From NCBI GenBank assembly GCA_964016885.1, contig OZ024743.1, positions 239,692,001 to 239,756,000 on the forward strand: a DNA stretch of 64,000 bases. Direction: 5' to 3'. Position numbers and translations under genes: made by a program. This stretch comes from Eledone cirrhosa. Its lineage: Eukaryota. Position 1 is the stretch's first letter, and each line of letters starts with the position of its first letter. The notes under the pieces are model-generated. The model was not told where the DNA came from. It searched no databases and saw only the letters and a program-made list of their open reading frames with translations. Below, piece by piece: positions 1 to 14,693 of the stretch.

Positions 1-213
1 ACTGAGAGTACAAGACTCCCTCCTGGACAGGACGCCAGTCCATCGCAGTGTTAAACCTCCAGCTATTGCTGGTACTCATTTTCAGCTGAGTAAACTGGAG
101 CAACGTTAAATAAAGGGTCTTGCTCAAGGAAGCAACACATCACTCGGTCCGAGAATTGAACTCACAACCTTTCGATTGAAAGCCTAATGATCTAACCACT
201 AAGCCATGCGCCT
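1..213 (-). mobile_element. tRNA-derived SINE (runs off window start)
   Basis: Minus strand starts GGCGCATGGCTTAGTGGTTAGA (A box) ... GTGAGTTCAATTCTC (B box), followed by CCTTGAGCAAGAC and GCGATGGACTGGCGTCCTGTCCAGG, motifs typical of conserved SINE central domains. Confidence 0.8.
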
Positions 214-214
214 T

Positions 215-368
<154 letters not shown>

Positions 369-1262
369 TGTGTGTGAGTTCGTGTGTGTGAGAGTTTGTG
401 TGTATATGTGTGTGTCTATGTTGTGTACGCCTATCAATTATATAAATATATAAATATATTATGATTCATACACGTAACATCTATTCCGCTACTTTAGGTT
501 TTCAGGCATTGGCACTGAAAGTATCTACAGACTGTACAGGATGGTTCAGACACACTATCCTTACCTTTTGTCAGGTACAGAGGCAAGGTGGCTGATCGAG
601 ATTTCAGGGTGAGATTCCGTTTGAAACAAATACCTGTACTCAAAGGATGAGGTCTTTAAGGGCTCTTTTTATCTCAAAAGATACATATTTTCATCATAGG
701 AAAACCACAACTAAGATGTCCAGTGATAACAAACAGAAGTGCTGCATTCACTATAATTTCTCCAAACTAACATTCTGTACAGCATGGCGCTTTCTTCCTT
801 TTCTTCCACACTTTACACTATACTAACAATTGACTCGACTTACTCACAATCCAACACATACACAGACGCTCACAGATGACATACAACAACATATGGCATC
901 ATTATCTTCTCAAAATAACAAGGGCTTAGCTCACTTTGAGTGTGGTTTAACATAAACCGGTTTTGTTTACTTTTCATACAGGATCTCACCCTGATATTTC
1001 ATTCAGACATCATGCCTCTGTGCCAGATGAAAGGGACGGAGCATAGGTGTAATTTATATATTGTGCACCGTCGAGTACAGACTGTGGTGGCCTTCCGCAC
1101 CAATGGACGTAATAAATGTTATGTCTATGTATCATAATAAATTAAACACTTTCATTATATAGAACACGCTTTTCATTTTTCCTTCCAGCTGACTTAGCGC
1201 TGCACACACACACAGTCACACACACACATATATATATATATGTGTGTGTGTGTGTGATTATA

Positions 1263-1298
<36 letters not shown>

Positions 1299-1390
1299 AG
1301 AGATTATGTGCGTGTGTATATGTACTCTTATATTGATAGCAAATACCATATAAAATATATAAGGATTAGAAAATGTTCTGCGTAGATTAC

Positions 1391-1435
1391 CTTACAACTT
1401 GGATCACCGACGCCATCCCCGTATGGCAGAAATAT
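1391..1435 (-). CDS. Candidate 45-nt internal exon of an unidentified host gene (IFLPYGDGVGDPSCK in phase 0)
   Basis: Minus strand: ttattttccttacattcAG | 45 nt, GC-richer than flanks, open frame | GTaatc. No homology confirmed. Confidence 0.35.
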
Positions 1436-1670
1436 CTGAATGTAAGGAAAATAAATATGAGAAGTATTAATAACATGAATAAGAATATAAAACACGACAC
1501 TTTCTTACTTCTCCTTTTTCTCCCCCTTTTTCTGTTTCTCTGAATATACACACACTGATACGGTTGTACGTACACACAGACTTTCTCTCTTTCTCTCTCT
1601 CTCTCACTCTCTCTCTCACTCTCACTCTATCTCTATCTCTCTCTCCCACACACACACACACACACGCGTG

Positions 1671-1701
<31 letters not shown>

Positions 1702-1822
1702 TGGTAAACGGAATAGAAAATGCTGACAAATTGTTCACAGTTGAAAAATGGTTTAATTAGGAATAAAAGAGTATTAGTGATTGTATGGGTTAGTATTCAG
1801 TTGTGGTTTTAAGTTTTTAAGT

Positions 1823-1859
1823 TTTTACCGGTTGCGCATTTCTAAATGCTTTTCAAAAA
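1823..1859 (-). ncRNA. Degenerate type I hammerhead, U3-A8 family (GAAA mutated to GCAA)
   Basis: ttt-TTGAAAA-gcat ttagaa atgc-GCAA-c cg GTA-aaa; homologous to 50091-50134. Confidence 0.6.
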
Positions 1860-1901
1860 TAATTTTGAGATAGAGTGTCCGTGCTGTTTGCTCTGATCTC
1901 A

Positions 1902-1932
<31 letters not shown>

Positions 1933-1958
1933 GTAAATATATACTGTATATATATATG

Positions 1959-2014
<56 letters not shown>

Positions 2015-2037
2015 AATATATACTGTATATATATATG

Positions 2038-2086
<49 letters not shown>

Positions 2087-2121
2087 TGTATATATATATG
2101 TAAATATATATATATATGTAA

Positions 2122-2211
<90 letters not shown>

Positions 2212-2216
<5 letters not shown>

Positions 2217-2488
2217 AGTATGTGTACGTACATGCATATATGTATACAGACGTACAGTAGTTTTTATATATATACATACATGCACACATATATATATGTA
2301 CGTATGGGTTTACCGAACATTTATTATAATGTTCGGTTTGTTTGTTTGTAATCAAACCGAACATTATAATAAATGTTCGTTAAACACATACGTACATATA
2401 TATATGTGTGTGAATGTATGTATGTATATACATACTACTGCACGTCTGTATACATATATGTATGTACGTATACATACATACTTACATT
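2212..2488. repeat. Imperfect fold-back inverted repeat (~130-bp arms)
   Basis: 2212-2342 is the diverged reverse complement of 2351-2488. Confidence 0.85.
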
Positions 2489-2710
2489 TAAGTATCAGCC
2501 ATATTAAGAGTGAGAAAGGAAATTTATATATATATAAATTTATATATATATACATATACATATATTATATTTATATATATTTATATTAAAAAGAGTAAGG
2601 ACAACGACGGGTGAGTTTTTGCCGTTTCAACAGCCAGTTCCAGACATCGAATCTATCCTGATTTAAATATGTATATATATGCGTGTGTGTGTGTGTGTGT
2701 GTGTGTGTGA

Positions 2711-2761
<51 letters not shown>

Positions 2762-3358
2762 TGTGTGTGTGTGCGCGCGCGCGCGTATGTGTGCGTATGT
2801 GTGCGTATGTGTGCGTATGTGTGTGTGGGGGGGGGGGGGATATGTGTGTATACGAGGGTATGCTGAAATATCCTGGCTTTAGGGATACCGGCAAAGGTAG
2901 AACTGTTACCTTTACTGGGGTGGTAAAACCACTGCGAAATCCTTAGTAGATCGTTTTTCTTTTTTTGAAGAATAGCGAAGGAATTGGCAGTGAGCGGACC
3001 TTCTACACAGGATCATGTGCTCAACGTCCAGACACGTGCAATGAAGTCAAATAATTTCAATAGAAATATTGTTTTTCTTTTTTCTTTTTCTATTCTTTTC
3101 TTATGTATGCATTCATACATAAACATATGCATATATGTATATATGCACATATATACATGTTAGCATATAAACATGTACATACACAAATATATACATTTTC
3201 TGTAATATTATGGTCTCTAGCTTCTAAATCTCACTCTTAGGAAAAGAAAAAGAAAATATACCAAGAATCTGCTCCTTCAACTTCAAAAATATTTTAGAAT
3301 GGCTTTAACTAAAGCTTATGCTTTTTTCCATATTTCAAACTTCGACACTTAACAAACG

Positions 3359-3417
<59 letters not shown>

Positions 3418-3419
3418 TA

Positions 3420-3620
3420 AGAAAATTAACAAAGAGAGGACAAGACAACGAATGAAAAACAATATAAATTACTACACCAGAACTAGAGCCGTTTCATGCG
3501 CATGAATTCATATGAATGAAATAGTTCTAGTCCTGTAGAAGTTATTTCTATATATCATTAACATGCCTATACTCTACCAACGTATTTTGTGGTTACCCCG
3601 GCACAACTCGGGAATTATTA
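3420..3620 (+). mobile_element. HHR-element remnant with fold-back at stem II, related to 7740-7945
   Basis: gaatGAAAtagttctagtcctGTAgaag matches 7831-7858; symmetry centred on gaattc at ~3505; (TA)n on both sides. Confidence 0.6.
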
Positions 3621-3745
3621 TATATATATATATATATACACACACACATATATATATATGCATAGAACCACATAGGTACTAAGACATAACTTATATATTT
3701 GCTAGCATGAGTGTACATCTGTACGCATATGTTGGTAGATGTACT

Positions 3746-3931
<186 letters not shown>

Positions 3932-4029
3932 ACGTATATAAATACGTATGTATTCATAAATGTATTTGTTTTTCATCTCAGGATGTCGAAATATCACCCT
4001 CCTCACCAAGCAAGTTAGGTGGGGTTGCC

Positions 4030-4620
4030 GGCTTAGTTGTCAACGACCCGATCATGCACACATACATACACGTTTTCTTTAGCCTACGCTTTGTTCAACC
4101 GGTAGCCATGTCAATACGGTTCTTGCTGGGATGTTGTTCTCCATTCGTAGAACATGATGCCCTGCCAGCTGCCTTCGTCTGCTCTTGGGAGCATGACTCA
4201 GATGTGTGACATTGGATCTTCGATGAAAATCCTCGTTTGCGATCTTGTTTTGATATCTAACACGCAGGAATATTCGGAGGCATCTTTATTAAAACGTTCG
4301 AAGTTATTTTTAAGTTTTGGCAGTATTTTCCCATGCGTCAGTAGAATAAGTTGTTGCTGTTATAATAATTGACCAGAATAACCTTAATTTTGTTTGTGAT
4401 GTGAGATTCTTTGATTGTCATATTGATTGGAGTTTGGTAAATACTCCAGCACCTTCGGCTATCCTTTGTTTTGTGTCGGCTTCTATAATGCCAGCTGCTG
4501 TCTGAACGTTACCCAGGTATGTGAAGCGTTGAACCTCTTCAATCATTTCCCAGTTGCCCGAGACTTCATATGCTTCACTGTAGACAAATTTCTATTTTTG
4601 GTATTTCTACTCTGAAGCCA
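4030..4620 (-). mobile_element. Decayed RTE-clade LINE fragment (RT C-terminal region)
   Basis: Minus-strand translation EMIEEVQRFTYLGNV resembles the RTE 'V..F.YLG' motif; frame broken. Boundaries approximate. Confidence 0.6.
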
Positions 4621-5097
4621 ACATTAGAAGTCAACAGGCAGATTTTCGAAAAGGAAGAACAAATATTTACACTAAGTAACACCATTCAGCAAAAACCAGA
4701 GTTTAGAATATCGGTAGCGATAAATCATGGTGTCGCCAAGAAAGCATTTCATAGTGAACACCGCGAGCTATGCTGGAAGATTCTCCAGATCTAAGTCATT
4801 TTATCAAGACTCCAGTTGCTGTGTAAAAACAGAATCAAGATTTATTGAGTTCTTTTCAATCTTCTAGGGAGTGCAGGAGCGATGTATCCTAACCCTATTA
4901 TTTTCCCTGATAATCTTGTTCTACATGCTGAGTAAGTCCCTGCATACATGTGGACATGGCTTAAAGTGGGGTGGAATGAAACTGGCAGATTTAAACTTGG
5001 CTGATGAAAAGCTTTTCCAGACAAAAACTGCACAGCAATTAAGACTCTGACGAGTACATACATATACATAAATATGTACATATGTACACATACATAT

Positions 5098-5150
<53 letters not shown>

Positions 5151-5763
5151 CGCATACATGTGTATACTCATACGTACATACATTCATACATACTTATACA
5201 TACATGCATATATACATGCATATATACATACATACACATATACAATATATATATATGCAAACACACACACACACACACATATATATTCGATATATCGCAT
5301 CGTAAAATATATCTTGATAATGCTTGCATGTATTCACGCCGAATGAACTTACATACGTTAAGTAATCCCACCTTGGTTCGCATTGAGCTATTGAGGTTTA
5401 AGACGATCTTTACCAGAAACAGAGTGCAAACATTATGATAGAATAGGATTCCATTAGAAATCCGTTGACATGCTGACATACTTACGGCATGGCCAGCTGC
5501 GAATGTCATAAAAACAATGCTTTTTCCATTAAATCCAATAATGTTCTATGTATCACCATTAACTCTCGCTCTTTCTCTATTTTTCTTTCTTTTCTTTACG
5601 CACATACGTTTACATACAGATTACACACTCACATGCTACTCACATACACACACACGCACACACACACACACACACGACACACGTATACTACTCACATACA
5701 CATACACACACACGTACGCACGCACATGCACACACAAACATATATATATAATATATATACATA

Positions 5764-5835
<72 letters not shown>

Positions 5836-5850
5836 TACATACATATACAT

Positions 5851-5939
<89 letters not shown>

Positions 5940-5945
5940 TATACA

Positions 5946-5991
<46 letters not shown>

Positions 5992-6127
5992 TAGTTATAT
6001 AAGAAACAACATATGAAAATAATTTCATTTACCAGTGATTCTTGAAAGCAGATGTATCTGTCTTCAGTCGTCAGAATGAATAAAAAAACATGGTTTTTTT
6101 TATTAAATATCTAAAATATGTTAAATA

Positions 6128-6203
6128 TCGACGGCTATAACTGAAACATTCCAGAAATAGCCGTCGAAATAGCTTGAACTCTGCCGTTGGGGTCATACTT
6201 TTT

Positions 6204-6205
<2 letters not shown>
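6128..6205 (+). mobile_element. HHR 3' half of the 35.6/36.8-kb family
   Basis: gacggctat...atagccgtc-GAAA-tagcttgaactctgccGTT-ggggtcatactttt, then (TA)n. Confidence 0.7.
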
Positions 6206-6244
<39 letters not shown>

Positions 6245-6825
6245 TATATATTTATATATACATACACGCATAAATATATATATATATTTATATTTATATA
6301 TACATACACGCATATATATATATATTTGTTATTATTTGTGTGTGCTTGAGTCAGTAATTATGTCTAGTCAATTATTCTAGTTACTACTCAATAGTAAAGG
6401 GGAATGTAGATATAGTAAAATAGATATACCCTACAGTCAAACTTAAGCATATGAATTCATATATAATTATACACATGAACTTATATACATATATATACAC
6501 GACTAGAAAACACACATACACATATATATATGTATGTATATATTCACACAAGATGTACCATCATATGCACATACATGCATATACACGGATTTCTCTGAGT
6601 TTCTGCGTATATTAACAGACATGCAGACATGTGCTCAAAAATACACGGACATATATATATATATATACATACATATAAACATATATACGTATATACATGC
6701 ATATGTGTATAGTGTATACGTATAAACATATATATATATATATATATATATATGTAAATACATATATACATATATACAAAAATATGTATATAGATATAAA
6801 TGCATATACATATACCTATACATAT

Positions 6826-6896
<71 letters not shown>

Positions 6897-6992
6897 TGCA
6901 TATATATGTATATATATACCTATATATACATACACATACATACACCCCTACACACATATGTATATATATGTATGTATATATATATATACATA

Positions 6993-7075
<83 letters not shown>

Positions 7076-7582
7076 ATGCTCTTTCTCCAGAAAGGATGTA
7101 TATCACATAATTATATTTAGTTGACACCAGGATATCCATCAGACGTGTGAAATGTCTTCACAAATCATATGTCGGTAAATGTATGGTATTAATAATTGAC
7201 AGCAACGGAGAGACAGTAGAGAGCAATAGTACGAGGGGAGGTAATGTGTGGCTGCTCATCAGAGAAAAGGGAGGAGAGAGCAAGGAGGTAATGCAGTGAA
7301 TGAGACGGGGATGAGGAGTTTGACGAAAGAGAATAGGAGACGGTACAAGATTTGATGTGTGTGAGCGCGTCGGTGAAAAATATATGTATATAAATATTAT
7401 AATAAGGGTTGAAGAGTAGTTGGACTCCGAATTTAAGTCGGTTTTATTTCACTTATAATTTTAGTGGTTCCAATTATGTCTAATATTCTCTTGTGTTGAA
7501 AATCATGAGCTTCACAACATCCCATTTTTGTATCGCAAACTGAAACAATATATCATAACATTTCATAATATATCTTAACACG

Positions 7583-7694
<112 letters not shown>

Positions 7695-7811
7695 CATACA
7701 CACACACGCACACATATATATATATATATATATTTATTTATTTAATATAGAAAGGCTGCTGCAGAACTAGAATTGTTTCATTCGGGAGAAATCATCAGGA
7801 AGCTTTGATGA

Positions 7812-7858
7812 TTTCCTGATGATTTCTCCCGAATGAAACTGTTCTAGTCCTGTAGAAG
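7812..7858 (+). ncRNA. Type I hammerhead ribozyme in an inverted element (7740-7945)
   Basis: tttc-CTGATGA-t ttc tccc gaa t-GAAA-c...GTA-gaag; a mutated inverted copy lies at 7753-7803; TA tracts flank the element. Confidence 0.7.
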
Positions 7859-7942
7859 CCATTTCTATATTAAATATTTATACTCTGCTATGTATTCAGT
7901 ACCTTACTTACTGTGTTTACCCCTGATTGAACCCGGGATAAA

Positions 7943-8000
<58 letters not shown>

Positions 8001-8005
<5 letters not shown>

Positions 8006-8631
8006 ATATACTTGCATATACATGTAGCTAAGATAGTCAAATGCATTAAATTGTATCTAAATTCATCCCAATCAAACCAAATTCAAAGAAATGTAATCCA
8101 TACACCAATATTTGACTTCATTCACCAGATTCAAACCACTCAAGGAAGAATTAGATCACACACGTCCTTCTCAACCACCTCAGATCTCTTACGTCGAAAA
8201 AAAAAAAAGAAAACATCCGTCGACCTTCACCACTGGCTTGGGGATATCGGACGGATATCGGACGTCATCAGGCTGCAGCCATAATGTTACGTAGTTTCTG
8301 TATATTATATATATATATATATATATATAATATACAGAAACTACGTAACATTATGGCTGCAGCCTGATGACGTCCGATATCCGTCCGATATCCCCAAGCC
8401 AGTGGTGAAGGTCGACGGATGTTTTCTTTTTTTTTTTTCGACGTAAGAGATCTGAGGTGGTTGAGAAGGACGTGTGTGATCTAATTCTTCCTTGAGTGGT
8501 TTGAATCTGGTGAATGAAGTCAAATATTGGTGTATGGATTACATTTCTTTGAATTTGGTTTGATTGGGATGAATTTAGATACAATTTAATGCATTTGACT
8601 ATCTTAGCTACATGTATATGCAAGTATATGG

Positions 8632-8634
<3 letters not shown>
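8001..8634. repeat. Apparently perfect ~630-bp palindrome centred on a (TA)n tract at 8317/8318
   Basis: ORFs 8112..8294(+) and 8341..8523(-) are identical; arms match by eye including the poly-A run. Confidence 0.95.
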
Positions 8635-8674
<40 letters not shown>

Positions 8675-8701
8675 CGTGTTTGTATTCATAAACGCCCATC
8701 T

Positions 8702-8736
<35 letters not shown>

Positions 8737-9162
8737 CGTGTTCGTATTCATAAAGGCCCCTCCCCATATATATATGTATGGATTAGTAATAAAAAATAAA
8801 CACAGGAGAAGAATACGTTATAATGAAGATATATATTAGTAAATTATGAATGTGTACATGCATACTTCTGGAGAAATATTTAAAAACAGAAGCTGTCCCT
8901 GATTTAAAAAAAAAAACCCTTGGTTTTACTGTGTTCCTGTATAAATTTTAATTTTCTATCATAATTCTATACATATACCTTTCTTATGTAATAATCTAAA
9001 CACTAATTTAATAAAGCAAAAAGTTTAGCCTTTTGCTAAATGCTAAAAGTTTTGATTATTTTAAAAACGATGGAAAATCATAGGCAGCGTCTTTCATTAG
9101 AAAAATTGGTGACGTTTGGGTTAATGCTCAGAAGTGATGGTGTAGGTAATGTACAGGTTAAT

Positions 9163-9385
9163 AATGGTTTCTGATGTAGGCACAAGGCCAGCAATGTTTT
9201 TTTTGTGGGGGGGGGGGAGTCGATTAAATCGACCTCAGTGTTTTATTGGTGCCTTATTTTATTAACCCCGTAAGGATGAACGGCAATGATAACCTTGGTG
9301 GGATTTGAACTCAGAACGTAAAGAGACGTAACTATGCCACGAAGCATGGTGTCGAACACTCTACCGCTTCAGCCAATCCAACGAC
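9163..9385 (-). mobile_element. SINE family A (tRNA-like head, ~200 bp)
   Basis: Shares ggcacaaggccagc...aaggatgaa.ggcaa...ggatttgaactcaga with more than ten other copies in the window. Confidence 0.8.
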
Positions 9386-9707
9386 CTATTACACAGGTTA
9401 ATAATCAGAAATAATATGTTATTTCCTCCGGAATGGTGTGTCTAGATACGATACATGTGAATAAATACTTCGAAAAGGTGTGACAATGGTAGCAATGAAA
9501 ATCGTTAAATACATCTGAGGCAACCTCTAGTGATGTTAATTCCTCTGACAAATAAGTTTTGTCCCGAAGAATGTCGTTTGTTCAATGATGGCGGACCCTC
9601 ATTCGTTCTCATATTTTCCACATTAAACAGAGTATCGTGCAAATATTCTTCTTTCTGTTCTAAGAATCAGGGAAACAATGATTGAAAGATATAGTAATAA
9701 ATATATG

Positions 9708-9980
9708 GACGCAACATGACTGAACGGTGAAGAGGTTCGCTTAGCAATCATTAGGCTGCGTGTTTGATACTACTGCATGGAAGTGTTATTTACTGTAGCC
9801 TGGGGTCGAGCCATGCTGGAAGCCCGTTGGATACAATTCCATTTATTATGTCGCGTTGAATCTTCATGGGAATTATGTTAAGGATACGTGTGTTTGGAAT
9901 GCTCAGCCATTTACACATTAATTTCATGAACAGGCAGTTCCGTTAATCGAAAAACTGAAACATTCATCGTCGAAACCGAT
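9708..9980 (+). mobile_element. Old SINE family B
   Basis: Diverged similarity to the reverse complement of 19255-19492, 31225-31620 and 62580-62870. Confidence 0.5.
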
Positions 9981-10039
9981 GTTGGTTCATTCCATAAATA
10001 AGTACACCAAAAATTAGTTTTTATTGGAGGATCGGAAAA

Positions 10040-10203
10040 TCAATTAAATCGACCCCAGTATTTGACTGGTACTTTATTTTGTCGACTCTAAACAACGAAT
10101 GGCGAAGTTGAACTAGGCAGGATTTGAATTCACAACGCAAAGAGCTGGAACAAATACCACAACACATTTTGTCTGACGCTCTAATAACTCTGCCAATCCA
10201 CCC
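10040..10203 (-). mobile_element. SINE family A
   Basis: atcgaccccagta...tggtactttattttgtcgac...ggatttgaattc...tgccaatccac. Confidence 0.75.
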
Positions 10204-10649
10204 CCACCCCCACCATTCCCACGACAGCAACAATGAAAAAAATAACAGTTTTGTTTTAGGCGTAATATTTCTCAAAGGACAAAAGAAAACACCCAAAACA
10301 AAACAAAACATAACAAAACAAAAAAAGAACGAATATAGAAATAAAAGAAAAAACGAAAAATTTTTAATGAAACGAAAAACAATTGGTCAGCATGTGTTAT
10401 TCCCATCATGCATCTCGAAGCGTTAATGGCGGTAGTAGTGACAACACGTGACCAGGCCATTAGGTTTGACATACTTTTGGTGTCTCGTCTTCTTTATCTG
10501 TGGTAACTATGACACATTTCTGCAATCATTCAACCACAACTGCACTCATATGCATATAGATATGTATAGACATACATTCATTAGCAAAGACATACACACA
10601 AACATACACACACACATTTGTATATATATATATATAAATATATATATAT

Positions 10650-10734
<85 letters not shown>

Positions 10735-10735
10735 A

Positions 10736-10786
<51 letters not shown>

Positions 10787-10789
10787 AAG

Positions 10790-10822
<33 letters not shown>

Positions 10823-11219
10823 AATATATATATATATATATATTTCATACAATATATATATATATATATATATATATGCTATGAAATACACAACCACTTA
10901 ATTTCACACACACATAGACGCACACATACACATTGCTTAAAGGCGTAACATACACATCTATCTAGGCAGTAGAAAAGAACCGTTCAGTCTCAAAATGGCG
11001 AGGTTTTGATCACGTGCTCATGGCGTCACTACCATTAGCACACTGAAATGGCCTGATGGTAATGACACTTGCAGACGATTGGCTTTCACTGTGGCAACAA
11101 CATTTACGCCTATAATTTCATAAGTCCTTATTAATTTTCACATTTTTTTGTTCTCTGCTCCTTCCATTACATTTCGCTACCGTGGCTCTTTTATCTTCTA
11201 ACACTTCACTACCCAGCTC

Positions 11220-11530
11220 AACCATTACCTAATACCACCAATAACACCTTTCCTACCCTCACCACTACCACCAATACTACCAACAACAACAATAATAGCA
11301 ATAGCTCAATGAATCACACCCCCACGTAATATCACCACCATTCACCACACACTAACACGTTTCGCCACTAATACCACCAACACCTTCAAATAACAATACC
11401 ACTATGATCTCTCCATACCGTCACCACCAACGATGCCACAACCATCATTACTCCCAACACCAAATATATCACCATTACATCTATCATCATCAACGTCGGC
11501 AACATCTCCACCATTAACACTAGCATAACC

Positions 11531-11564
<34 letters not shown>

Positions 11565-11566
11565 TC

Positions 11567-11599
<33 letters not shown>

Positions 11600-11767
11600 G
11601 TCAGCATCATCATCAACATCATCAACACCAACATCATCATCATCATCATCCACATCATCATTATCATTATCATTCCTCACCATTAATGTCGCAAATATCA
11701 ACATCATCAACTATTCCACCGCCAGCACAAGCATCTTCATCATCATCACCACCATCATCATCGCCAG

Positions 11768-11802
<35 letters not shown>

Positions 11803-11828
11803 CCATCATCATCATCGCCATTATCATT

Positions 11829-11859
<31 letters not shown>

Positions 11860-11900
11860 ACATCATCATTAACTCATTCCTCGCTATCAACGTCTAAAAT
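11220..11900. repeat. (CAT/CAC)n low-complexity trinucleotide tract
   Basis: Direct inspection; explains poly-M/D/S ORFs. Confidence 0.95.
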
Positions 11901-12441
11901 ATCAACATCACCTCCACGTTCATCCTTTCACAAAACACTATCGTTAGAATTTTTTAAATGTCTTCATAGTTATTGTTGTTTAGCCCTAGGTCAGTTCTGA
12001 TTCTTCAGGTCAATGATTAAGACAGTGCCATTCTTAACCACTCGCCCTTCTTACAGCTGTACCTAGGACTGCATTATCCAAGACGTCTTTCCTTTTTTTA
12101 AGACTGTAGAGTGTGATTTCTAAGTAATTGTCTTTTATTTCTACTAAGTTAAGCGGATCTCATCAGCAGTATTACTTTATTGTGGTTTTACTGCTCGTTA
12201 TTGTTCTTGTCTTACTTGTTGTTGTTGTCAATGTTGTTGTTGTTGTTACTATTGTTGGTGTCATTGTTATAGTTGTTATTATTATATTTGTTATTACCAC
12301 ATTTTCAGTTAATATCGAGGTTGTTGCCAAGATTATCGCAAATTGCTGTTAGTGTTGGTATTATTGTGACGGCGTGTGTGTAAAATATAAGCACACACAT
12401 CATACATGCGTACATACAAACACATACACACACACACACAT

Positions 12442-12518
<77 letters not shown>

Positions 12519-13448
12519 TATTTGATAAATAAAACAAAACAAACACAGGGATGCCATAATACAAAGTCTTCTTAGGTTCACTGTGTATTATTGACGGACG
12601 TGAGGAAAGGTTCTCAATACCAAAGAAGGCTTACTTAGAATAAATATAATTAAGCCAGAAAGAAAAGGAGACAGAGAAGAAAAATAAATAGTTATTGAGG
12701 AGGCAAGAAAATATGTGACGAAAGAACTGTGACAAAATGACCAACCCCAAATATAACAATATATATATATACTTATATATATATATATATGTATATACAC
12801 ACACACATACACACGAAACAAGGACAAATACCCCACCCATATAAAACCATATAAAACTCCCCCAAACACAAACGTGTACAGACATGCACACATAAAAAAA
12901 CGTATAAATGATTCACTGACATAAATGATAGACATGGACATTCCACCCCGGAGCCCAGCCCCACATGCCACATTAATCCTCTGCCATACCCGGCCTTATT
13001 AACAGATTTTTTTCAAAACACTGTTGTTTCATTTATTCCCCCCCTCTCTCCGAACTTGCTGTATCGTGAAGAAAGACTTATATCCGATACGTTGAATTCC
13101 TCATTTACTTCTTCCCAAGCATGAAACTGATAAGACATTGTGTTTTGGAATATCTCTGTTTGTCTTGCATATTTTTTATCTATAACTATAACTATAAATA
13201 TAGCTACATATAGCTATATATATATATAAATTCAGGGAGAATCGCATTTCGGCGGGTAGAAAAAGCGAAACGAAACGCAAAATCAGAGTTATGCTGGCAA
13301 GCGTTCGATAGTTTAAAAACCAGAGCTAAACATATGTGTTAAAACGCCATACAAACTGAAAAAGTGGTCAAGAAGGCATTAACCACCTAAGCCCCAAAAC
13401 AAGTCAAGCTAAATAGGCCAAACAAAATAAATGATATAACATAATAAA

Positions 13449-13499
<51 letters not shown>

Positions 13500-14296
13500 G
13501 TATTTAAAATCAGGCATAAATACACAGGGTTATGTAACAGAGATCCAATGGTAGCACATTATATTGTGTATTAGAACAAAGAATTTTAATAACTGATTTG
13601 AATTTAATTAGCTAGTTACCTCCCCTTACGCATTAGCTTCCCTTATTCACTTCCGGAAATTAACGATTGAAAATATAACGGTTGATCAAATATAGTCTAT
13701 GAATATGAATTCATTAAGACTAATTTACAAACCATTGCTCTAACTAACTTAAAACACTCAAGAAAAACATTAACTAAAATTTAATTGAACATGTCATGGA
13801 AATGTCTGCAAAAACTGTATGTTTCTCAACACACATTAATTCGAACACCATCAACATTCAACACCCACCATAGACTCTAATACATTAACATATTTGCCTC
13901 AACTGCAGTATTTATTCATCTATATATGCATAATAGCTTTGCTTGTCTCCTTCTAATGTATATGACTTACGCAGTCACACTATCCACACGCCTGCATATG
14001 ATTTGTTATCGCACTCTTCCTTTCTCAAAACTGCTTCCTCAATGCTTCTTTGATATTTGAACTATTCCCTTGTTTTAACTGTTGTACGTATTCCACTCCG
14101 TGCTTTTGATTGTAATTTTAATTTTGATTTGAATTTGAACTTGAATGCTTGTACAATTATTGTGCAATTCTCGTAAAATATATGTCACATCCATTCCACC
14201 CTGTAAATACGAAACTGTTGCTCACAACATCAATTTATATGTATCTATATTATTGTTTAGTTGAATAGGGGGGTAATTATATGTGCAAACATTGAT

Positions 14297-14348
14297 AATG
14301 CTCCGATGATTCCAAACGAGAGATTGGAGGAAACGATTGTCAGCTATT
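14297..14348 (+). ncRNA. Type I hammerhead with CCGAUGA core (U4C)
   Basis: aatgct-CCGATGA-ttccaa acgagaga ttggag-GAAA-c gatt GTC-agctatt. Confidence 0.7.
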
Positions 14349-14413
14349 AAATGATTTGAACACAACTTTGATAATTGTGTAATTTATTTATATATATATT
14401 ATATATATTTATA

Positions 14414-14693
14414 AGAAAGTGATTGAAATATATTCATACACAGTTAAGTGTACACTAAGACATAGAACTAGAGACAATCTACATAGAACTACATAGCACT
14501 AGAGACAATCTACACTGAAAGTAAGATATATTTGATCGTTATCAGGTATCCTGTTTTTAATTTTTTATTAGATTTAATAAGATACTCAACGAATTATGTA
14601 GTCTTACTTACAGTGTAGATTGTCTCTAGTTCTGTGTTTTGATATGTCTTAGTGTACACTTAACTGTGTATGAATATATTTCAATCACTTTCT
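14414..14693. repeat. Inverted repeat within a TA-flanked element (14410-14795)
   Basis: agaaagtgattgaaatatattcatacacagttaagtgtacactaagacata at 14414 is the reverse complement of 14643-14693; further match at ctagagacaatctacactg. Confidence 0.85.

Noticed and set aside
8364-8420. CTGATGA within the palindrome arm
   Set aside because: No correctly placed GAAA, stem III or stem I partner.
12694-12735. Relative of the 23360 HHR family
   Set aside because: Core (TTGAGGA), stem II and triplet are all degenerate.
13500-14290. Possible Penelope GIY-YIG coding remnant next to the 14297 HHR
   Set aside because: No recognisable motif or open frame found by eye; no autonomous PLE is supported in this window.
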